Positions 57,361 through 64,000 of a stretch of 64,000 bases of DNA are shown piece by piece (position 1 is the first letter of the stretch; the number at the start of each line of letters is the position of its first letter). The stretch covers positions 2,680-66,679 of the forward strand of contig JADGPS010000005.1 of assembly GCA_017882285.1 (NCBI GenBank), written 5' to 3'. The notes beneath the pieces were generated by a model. It was not told the DNA's origin and did not search any database. It worked only from the letters and a program-made list of their open reading frames with translations. The position numbers and the translations under genes were made by a program. The DNA comes from Paludibacter sp. (lineage in GTDB: Bacteria; Bacteroidota; Bacteroidia; Bacteroidales; Paludibacteraceae).

Positions 57361-58905
57361 ATGAGTAAAATAGTAGAACTCCCTTTAAAGGGACGATATT
57401 TTTCAAGAATTCTTGAGAATATATCAAAACCGAAAGATTGGAAACTTTTTGCAACAATCATGACTGGCAAAATGTTAGGATTAATCGCAGTTATAGCTGC
57501 AATGATATTTCTTCCAAATATAATTGGAGGTACTCCTGCTCATGCTGCTGACACTTATACAGCTCACGAAACAGCTGTAATTAATTCACTTAATACAGTT
57601 TGGACACTTGTAGCTGCATTCTTGGTTTTTGGTATGCAAGCAGGATTTGTGATGCTCGAAGCCGGTTTTGCCAGAAAACGCGAAACTGTAAATATCTTGG
57701 TAGAATGTGTGCTCGACACAGCTATTTGTGGTATTTCATTCTGGGCAATTGGTTATGCATTTATGTTTGGTGCAGGAAATGGTTTTATTGGACAACAATA
57801 TTTCTTTTTACAAAATGTACCTGCTACTTATGGTTCAACCGGCGTGGCCATTTTAGCGCATTGGATTTTCCAATTTGCATTTGCCGATACTGCTTCTACC
57901 ATTACTTCAGGTGCAATGATCGGACGTACAAGTTTCCGTGGCGATATCATTTACAGTATCTTCGTTACAGCACTTATTTATCCAATTATTGGTCACTGGG
58001 CTTGGGGACCTGACGGTTTCTTAGCACTTATGGGAACTCCCGGACATTTCATGCCTTCATTGGGTCAACCTTTCCGCGATTTTGCAGGTTCTTCAGTTGT
58101 TCACACCATTGGTGGTATGGTTTCATTAGCCGGAGCAATTGTATTGGGACCACGTATTGGTCGTATATTCTTACGCGATGACAAAAAGCGAGGCGGTTTG
58201 CCTGCAGCTCACAGCTTACCTTTAGCTACAATCGGTGCTTTCTTATTGTGGTTCGGTTGGTACGGTTTCAATCCGGGAAGTACTCTTTCAGCAATGGATT
58301 TTGAAGGAATTGGACGTGTAGCTGCCAATACCACGCTTGCAGCTTGTACAGGATCTTTGGCAACCATGCTTTGTGCACTTTGGATTGGACCTTTTAAAGG
58401 AAAATTTGATACCGGTTTTGCATTAAACGGAATGCTGGCTGGACTTGTAGCTATTACTGCACCTTGTTATTGGGTTTCTCCATTCGGATCGGTAATAATT
58501 GGATTGGTTGCAGGATTGGTTGTATTTGGAGGTGTTTATTTTATGGAATTCTTACGAATTGATGATCCTGTTGGTGCTGTCTCAGTACACGGTTTCGCTG
58601 GAATTTGGGGAACTTTATCACTCGGATTATTTGCAAGCGGACAATTTGGTTCTACTGGACCATTGGGAGCTGACAATACTTCTGTTGTTAAAGGACTATT
58701 TTATGGCGGTGGTTTTGACGTTCTAAAGGCACAAGCAATTGGTAGTTTTACCATTACAGCAGCGACTTTATTGGTTTCATTTATAGTAATGTTTGCCGTT
58801 AGCAAATTACCATATCCGTATAAATTGCGTGTTGAACCGGAAGGTGAAACCGGTCCTGGTGGGCTGGATGTTTGGGAACATGGTGCTGAAGCTTATACGA
58901 ATTAA
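57361..58905 (+). CDS. amt: Ammonium transporter (Amt) 1 with extended N-terminus
   Basis: MQAGF.MLEAG, FQFAFA, DFAGSSVVH, LWFGWYGFNPGS, DDPVGAVSVHG. Confidence 0.93.
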   Translation: MSKIVELPLKGRYFSRILENISKPKDWKLFATIMTGKMLGLIAVIAAMIFLPNIIGGTPAHAADTYTAHETAVINSLNTVWTLVAAFLVFGMQAGFVMLEAGFARKRETVNILVECVLDTAICGISFWAIGYAFMFGAGNGFIGQQYFFLQNVPATYGSTGVAILAHWIFQFAFADTASTITSGAMIGRTSFRGDIIYSIFVTALIYPIIGHWAWGPDGFLALMGTPGHFMPSLGQPFRDFAGSSVVHTIGGMVSLAGAIVLGPRIGRIFLRDDKKRGGLPAAHSLPLATIGAFLLWFGWYGFNPGSTLSAMDFEGIGRVAANTTLAACTGSLATMLCALWIGPFKGKFDTGFALNGMLAGLVAITAPCYWVSPFGSVIIGLVAGLVVFGGVYFMEFLRIDDPVGAVSVHGFAGIWGTLSLGLFASGQFGSTGPLGADNTSVVKGLFYGGGFDVLKAQAIGSFTITAATLLVSFIVMFAVSKLPYPYKLRVEPEGETGPGGLDVWEHGAEAYTN

Positions 58906-59068
58906 TTTATATAATATTGAATTTGAAATAGGAGAACTAAAAACCCCTATTTTAAAAATCAATTAATTTCTAAAAAAAAGTAGCTAAATTCTCAATCAAA
59001 TGAATTAATTTTGAAATTCACAGGGAATCAAACTCAAAAATTATTAATTTATTAATTTATTAATCATT

Positions 59069-59416
59069 ATGAAAAAAATAGAAGCAATTATCAGACGCTC
59101 AAAATTCGATGAAGTTAAAGCAGCGTTACATGCCATTGATATAGATTTTTTTACTTATACTGAAACTTTTGGAGTAGGAAACGAAAGAAAAAAGAAAGAT
59201 GTTTTTCGCGGGTCTTCAAATACAGATTTTATTTCCCGCCTATCATTATCCATTGTCGTTCGTGATATAAATTTGAAGAAAACAATTGAATGTTTGTTGA
59301 ATACAGCATATACCGGCGAAATTGGTGACGGTAAAATATTTGTATCTACAATCGAGGAATCTTATCGTATCAGAACCGGCGAAAGTGGAGATGAATCTTT
59401 ATATATGAAAGAATAA
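59069..59416 (+). CDS. P-II family nitrogen regulator 1
   Basis: MKKIEAIIR, TGEIGDGKIFV, RIRTGESG. Confidence 0.92.
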   Translation: MKKIEAIIRRSKFDEVKAALHAIDIDFFTYTETFGVGNERKKKDVFRGSSNTDFISRLSLSIVVRDINLKKTIECLLNTAYTGEIGDGKIFVSTIEESYRIRTGESGDESLYMKE

Positions 59417-59604
59417 ATTTCTCATTTATAATGAGGATAAATGATTGAATTTGTGGAATTTATTGCGATGGTAAGCTATAAATTTATTTATTGATTTACA
59501 GTAGTATTATTCCACTTTTCAACGTATAGATTCTTACATATTAAACTCAAACACGGTGAAACTGCTTACCACTAATCTGTGTTTTTTTAGTTTTATTGTT
59601 TTGT

Positions 59605-59632
59605 ACAGGCTATTTCTCACGAAATAGCCTGT
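59605..59632. terminator. Hairpin (probable terminator) between the two P-II genes
   Basis: ACAGGCTATTTC-TCAC-GAAATAGCCTGT perfect 12-bp stem. Confidence 0.7.
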
Positions 59633-59806
59633 CTGTATTTTGATACTAAAAAAAACGTTTAAAATAAAATTATTATCTTTTTGGAATTTTTCAAAGGAAA
59701 AGATGCATTTGTCAATAATAATTACAAAATTATGAACAATAATATCGTATTATATGTTATTTTCTTACAAATATATGATATTATATGAAATATATTATCA
59801 TTTTGA

Positions 59807-59837
59807 TTTGTAATATAAAGATAAAATCATACTTTTG
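59807..59837 (+). promoter_or_regulatory. -33/-7 promoter for P-II 2 / amt 2
   Basis: TTTG (59807-59810), 19-nt spacer, TACTTTTG (59830-59837). Confidence 0.7.
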
Positions 59838-59971
59838 CACTCGATTTACAAAAAGACATAAATCAACTCAAAATACACGTATATTGTAAATCGTATTTGA
59901 GTAATTTAAAACAAAATAAAATTAGATAAAGGAAAGTTGAAACATTTCACCTATCAATAATATAACCTTTC

Positions 59972-60319
59972 ATGAAAAAAATTGAAGCAGTTATTCGCAA
60001 GTCAAAATTTGAAGATGTAAAACAAGCATTATACGATGCCGGCATCGAATGGTTTTCATACTGGGACATTACCGGATTAGGGAAATCAACTGAAGAACAA
60101 ATTGTTAGAGGTCAGGCTTTTCAATCGAGCTATATTCACAGAAGAATGATTTCTATAGTGGTACGTGACATTAACTTAGACAAAACACTCGAAGCTATTC
60201 TAAATTCAGCCTGGACAGGTGAAACCGGTGATGGAAAAATTTTCATTTACGACATTCAAGATACTATTCGCATTCGAACTCGCGAATCGGGACCTGAAGC
60301 ATTATTCAACAAAGAATAA
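59972..60319 (+). CDS. P-II family nitrogen regulator 2
   Basis: MKKIEAVIR, TGETGDGKIFI, RIRTRESG; directly upstream of amt 2. Confidence 0.92.
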   Translation: MKKIEAVIRKSKFEDVKQALYDAGIEWFSYWDITGLGKSTEEQIVRGQAFQSSYIHRRMISIVVRDINLDKTLEAILNSAWTGETGDGKIFIYDIQDTIRIRTRESGPEALFNKE

Positions 60320-60357
60320 AAGAAAGAATTATTGATTATTTATTTTAGATTATTCAA

Positions 60358-61728
60358 ATGAAGAAATATATCCTATTGATAATGAACTTATTGACAATTT
60401 TTTATTCAACTCTTTCTGCTCAAAATTCAACTCAACCGGTTGCTCCAAGTGTAAATGCAGGCGATACTGCATGGATGATAGTTGCTACTGCATTCGTATT
60501 ATTAATGTCTATTCCCGGCTTGGCTTTGTTTTATGGTGGTTTAGTTCGGCGTAAAAACGTGTTGAACGTTTTTATGCAAGTATTTATTATTGTTGCTATT
60601 GTAAGTATAGAATGGGTAATTTGCGGATACAGTTTATCTTTTGGTAGTTCAAAGGGATTCCTTTCTCCTTTTATTGGTGGCTTTGATTGGGCATTTTTAA
60701 ATAATATCAAAATCACTGATCTCAGTCCGTATTTTATTTCTCACTCACAAATCGGATTAGATGGTCATGTTACCGGTACTATACCACATATCATATTTAT
60801 TATGTATCAATGTATGTTTGCTGTAATTACCCCGGCTTTAATTATTGGTGCTTTTGCTGAACGTATTAGCTTTAAAGGATTTTTTGTCTTCACTATATTA
60901 TGGTCTATTTTCGTATATAATCCTGTGGCACACTGGGTCTGGTCAGTTGATGGATGGCTGTTTAAACTTGGAGCTTTAGATTTTGCTGGCGGAACAGTTG
61001 TTCATATCAATGCCGGTATTGCTGCCATTGTAACAGCAATCATGCTTGGAAAACGCCGAGATTACAAACGTCACGCTATACCACCTCACAACATAACTTA
61101 TGTGGTAATGGGAGCCGGTTTACTTTGGGTCGGTTGGTTTGGATTTAATGCAGGAAGTGGGCTTGCTGCTGATGGACTTGCTGGAAATGCTCTAATGGTA
61201 ACGCATATTGCTGCGGCCGCTGCGGCTTTAACATGGTTCATAATGGATTGGTTTATAGATAAAAGACCAACTGTTGTAGGAATTAGTACCGGTGCAGTTG
61301 CCGGTTTGGTTGCAATCACTCCCGCAGCCGGATTTGTAGGCATTCCCGGAGCATTGGTTATTGGTATGGTTGTTTCAATTGTTTGTTTCTGCATGGTTGC
61401 TTATGTTAAACCAAAATTAGGATATGATGATTCTTTAGATGCGTTTGGTGTTCATGGAATCGGTGGTATAATCGGCGCTATTTTAACAGGTGTATTTGCA
61501 TCTCCATTAATTCAATCGGCTTATAGTGGTGCAATTTATGGAAATTTTCATCAAGTTTTAGTCCAATTGATTGCTGTATTTTCGATTATAATTTATTCAG
61601 GAATCGGAACATTTATATTGTTTAAAATTACAGAGAAACTCGTCGGAATTCGTGCTTCTGATAAGCATGAAGCAATTGGATTGGATGAAACTCAACATGG
61701 AGAAACCGCCTATAATAATTTCGATTAA
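60358..61728 (+). CDS. amt: Ammonium transporter AmtB-type 2
   Basis: GDTAW, PGLALFYGGLV, DFAGGTVVH, GWFGFNAGS, DDSLDAFGVHG, GLD..QHGE.AY. Confidence 0.95.
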   Translation: MKKYILLIMNLLTIFYSTLSAQNSTQPVAPSVNAGDTAWMIVATAFVLLMSIPGLALFYGGLVRRKNVLNVFMQVFIIVAIVSIEWVICGYSLSFGSSKGFLSPFIGGFDWAFLNNIKITDLSPYFISHSQIGLDGHVTGTIPHIIFIMYQCMFAVITPALIIGAFAERISFKGFFVFTILWSIFVYNPVAHWVWSVDGWLFKLGALDFAGGTVVHINAGIAAIVTAIMLGKRRDYKRHAIPPHNITYVVMGAGLLWVGWFGFNAGSGLAADGLAGNALMVTHIAAAAAALTWFIMDWFIDKRPTVVGISTGAVAGLVAITPAAGFVGIPGALVIGMVVSIVCFCMVAYVKPKLGYDDSLDAFGVHGIGGIIGAILTGVFASPLIQSAYSGAIYGNFHQVLVQLIAVFSIIIYSGIGTFILFKITEKLVGIRASDKHEAIGLDETQHGETAYNNFD

Positions 61729-62132
61729 TTTTCAATAAATATTTTTGTACTATAAAGGATTTAACAACTAATTTAACTTATGAATCAAAGATTTAAAACA
61801 TCGTTTTGAGATTAATAGTATCAGATTATAATAAACATTTATTACTACCTTTGTAAACCAAAAATTTTAAATTTATTATAATCTGATAAGAATATATCTC
61901 TGTTCAATGATTTTAATTTATCATTTATATAATAGGTTTAATTTCAATCTGACATATATTTATCTATTATTGTTTCATATTAAAACATAATCATCTTTTT
62001 TTTCATAAAGACATTTATTTCAGCTATATGATTTTCATTTTTACTAATTTTGCATAGATTTTATTACAATACGATAGATTTAAGTCGAAAAATGAAAAAT
62101 TTGAATAAAAATAACCCTCAAAAAATAAAATT

Positions 62133-64000
62133 ATGTCATCATTAAGATTTAAAGCAGTAGAAGAAGCTTTTAAGAAAAAAGCAATCGTAGTTACACCTCC
62201 ATCAAAGTTCACTTCCGATTATTATGGAAAATCTGTTTTCAATCGTGCCACAATGGCAAAATATCTTTCCAAAGACACATTGAAAGAACTTAAAAACGTA
62301 ATTGACAAAGGAGCCACTCTGAATCTTACCATTGCAAATGATGTAGCGGCAGGTATGAGAATGTGGGCGATGGATTTAGGGGCAACTCATTACACACACT
62401 GGTTTCAACCATTAACCGATGGAACAGCAGAAAAACATGACTCGTTTATTGATTATGTAGGTGCTCCAGGTGAAACAGTCATCGAAGATTTTTCAGGAAA
62501 ACTTCTTGCTCAACAAGAACCAGATGCATCTTCTTTCCCAAGTGGAGGAATTCGCAGCACATTCGAAGCACGGGGTTATACTGCATGGGATCCTTCATCC
62601 CCGGCATTTGTAGTTGACGACACATTGGTTATACCTACAATTTTCATTTCTTACACTGGAGAATCGCTTGACTTAAAAGCTCCTTTATTGAAAGCGTTGA
62701 GTGCTGTTGACAAAGCAGCAACTGCAGTTTGTCAAATGTTCGATCCAAGTGTAAAGAAAGTGTTATCATTTTTAGGTTGGGAGCAAGAATATTTCTTGGT
62801 TGATGAAGGTTTGTACGCAACTCGTCCGGACTTAGTGTTAACCGGTCGTACTTTATTGGGACATGAATCAGCAAAAAACCAACAATTGGATGATCATTAT
62901 TTTGGTTCTGTTCCAAGTCGTGTGGCTGCATATATGAAAGATATAGAATTTGAAGCTTACAAATATGGAATCCCTGCTAAAACCCGTCACAACGAGGTTG
63001 CACCAAACCAATTTGAGTTAGCTCCAATCTTTGGAGAATGCAACTTATCTGTTGACCAAAACTTATTGATGATGTCCATCATGAAAAAAGTTGCACGTCG
63101 TCATGGATTTCGTTTGTTGTTACACGAAAAACCATTTGCCGGTATTAACGGCTCAGGTAAACACAATAACTGGTCGCTTGGAACTGATACCGGTGTTGGA
63201 TTATTCACACCGGGCAAAACACCTGAGGAAAATCTACAATTCGTTACATTCCTTGTAAACACATTGATGGCTGTTTATAAACATAATGCTTTATTGAAAG
63301 CCTCAATTATGACTGCTCAAAATGCTCACCGTTTGGGAGCAAACGAAGCACCACCGGCAATTGTTTCAGCATTCATTGGAACTCAATTGACAGCCATTCT
63401 TGATAAACTGGAAAACAGTACAAGTGAAGAAGCAATAGTTGTAAGTGCTAAAAAAAAATTAAGTTTAGGTATTGCACATATTCCTGAAGTATTCCTTGAC
63501 AATACTGACCGTAACCGTACTTCACCATTTGCTTTTACCGGAAACCGGTTTGAATTCAGAGCTGTTGGCTCTTCTGCAAACTGTTCGTCGGCTATGGCAA
63601 CCCTGAATGCTGCTGTTGCTGCTCAATTAACCGAATTTAAATCTGAAGTAGATGCTAAAATCGCTGCCGGTTCAACCAAAGAGAAAGCAATTTTTGATGT
63701 TATCAAATCATATATTAAAGCTTCAAAAGCTATTCGTTTTGATGGAAACGGTTACAGCGAAGAATGGAAACTCGAAGCTGCTGAACGTGGATTGGATTGT
63801 GAAACAAGCGTACCAAAAATTATAAAAGCATACACTTCAAAATCAAGCATTGAGTTATTCAAATCAACTGGTGTATTATCGGCAGTTGAACTTCATGCCC
63901 GAAATGAAGTCAAATGGGAAACTTATAACAAAAAGATTCAAATTGAATCACGTGTTTTGGGTGACTTGGCAATCAATCATATTATTCCAATTGCTACACG
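62133..64000 (+). CDS. Glutamine synthetase type III (3' end beyond window)
   Basis: MSSLRFKAV..., HWFQPLT, EPDASSFPSGGIRSTFEARGYTAWD, HNEVAPNQFE, KPFAGINGSGKHNNWS, NRTSPFAFTGNRFEFRAVGSS; absent from the ORF track because no stop is reached. Confidence 0.95.
   Translation, partial: MSSLRFKAVEEAFKKKAIVVTPPSKFTSDYYGKSVFNRATMAKYLSKDTLKELKNVIDKGATLNLTIANDVAAGMRMWAMDLGATHYTHWFQPLTDGTAEKHDSFIDYVGAPGETVIEDFSGKLLAQQEPDASSFPSGGIRSTFEARGYTAWDPSSPAFVVDDTLVIPTIFISYTGESLDLKAPLLKALSAVDKAATAVCQMFDPSVKKVLSFLGWEQEYFLVDEGLYATRPDLVLTGRTLLGHESAKNQQLDDHYFGSVPSRVAAYMKDIEFEAYKYGIPAKTRHNEVAPNQFELAPIFGECNLSVDQNLLMMSIMKKVARRHGFRLLLHEKPFAGINGSGKHNNWSLGTDTGVGLFTPGKTPEENLQFVTFLVNTLMAVYKHNALLKASIMTAQNAHRLGANEAPPAIVSAFIGTQLTAILDKLENSTSEEAIVVSAKKKLSLGIAHIPEVFLDNTDRNRTSPFAFTGNRFEFRAVGSSANCSSAMATLNAAVAAQLTEFKSEVDAKIAAGSTKEKAIFDVIKSYIKASKAIRFDGNGYSEEWKLEAAERGLDCETSVPKIIKAYTSKSSIELFKSTGVLSAVELHARNEVKWETYNKKIQIESRVLGDLAINHIIPIAT

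Noticed and set aside
59441-59494. Small hydrophobic ORF after P-II 1
   Set aside because: Only 17 codons (MIEFVEFIAMVSYKFIY), no supporting evidence
212-62931. Numerous 60-180 aa ORFs antisense to or overlapping long genes (for example in secA, nifJ, ABC-F, amt, GS-III)
   Set aside because: Shadow frames of well-supported genes with no motifs of their own

Overview
Chromosomal window from a Bacteroidota bacterium, probably an anaerobic Bacteroidales of Paludibacter type. This is inferred from TAnnTTTG -7 promoter boxes, T9SS cargo genes, PFOR and GS-III. Most of the window is housekeeping: recD-like helicase end, yebC, rho, fabG, secA, lgt, ubiE/menG, kduI-kduD, tsaB, nifJ, smpB, panB, prmA, prfC. 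It ends in a nitrogen-assimilation cluster (putative outer-membrane protein, amt, two P-II genes, amt, glutamine synthetase III). Three accessory blocks interrupt the backbone. (i) 4.95-9.05 kb: a T9SS cargo gene, a PID-CTERM-like gene and an IS982 remnant. (ii) 19.03-21.37 kb: a translationally coupled DUF488-DUF488-dual-OB-like operon, bracketed by two tyrosine-integrase fragments in permuted order. (iii) 27.0-33.95 kb: a TA pair, BspA-LRR, FISUMP and Kelch surface-protein genes, and a 21-bp tandem array. The blocks share non-coding repeats, including a 65-bp structured repeat with a compensatory base-pair change. The best candidate for an undescribed system is a decayed integron-like or repeat-delimited cassette system whose cargo includes the DUF488x2-dual-OB module, a predicted nucleic-acid conflict or repair system. 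No intact integrase, rRNA, tRNA or CRISPR array was found. All family assignments are by motif recognition; no database search was run.
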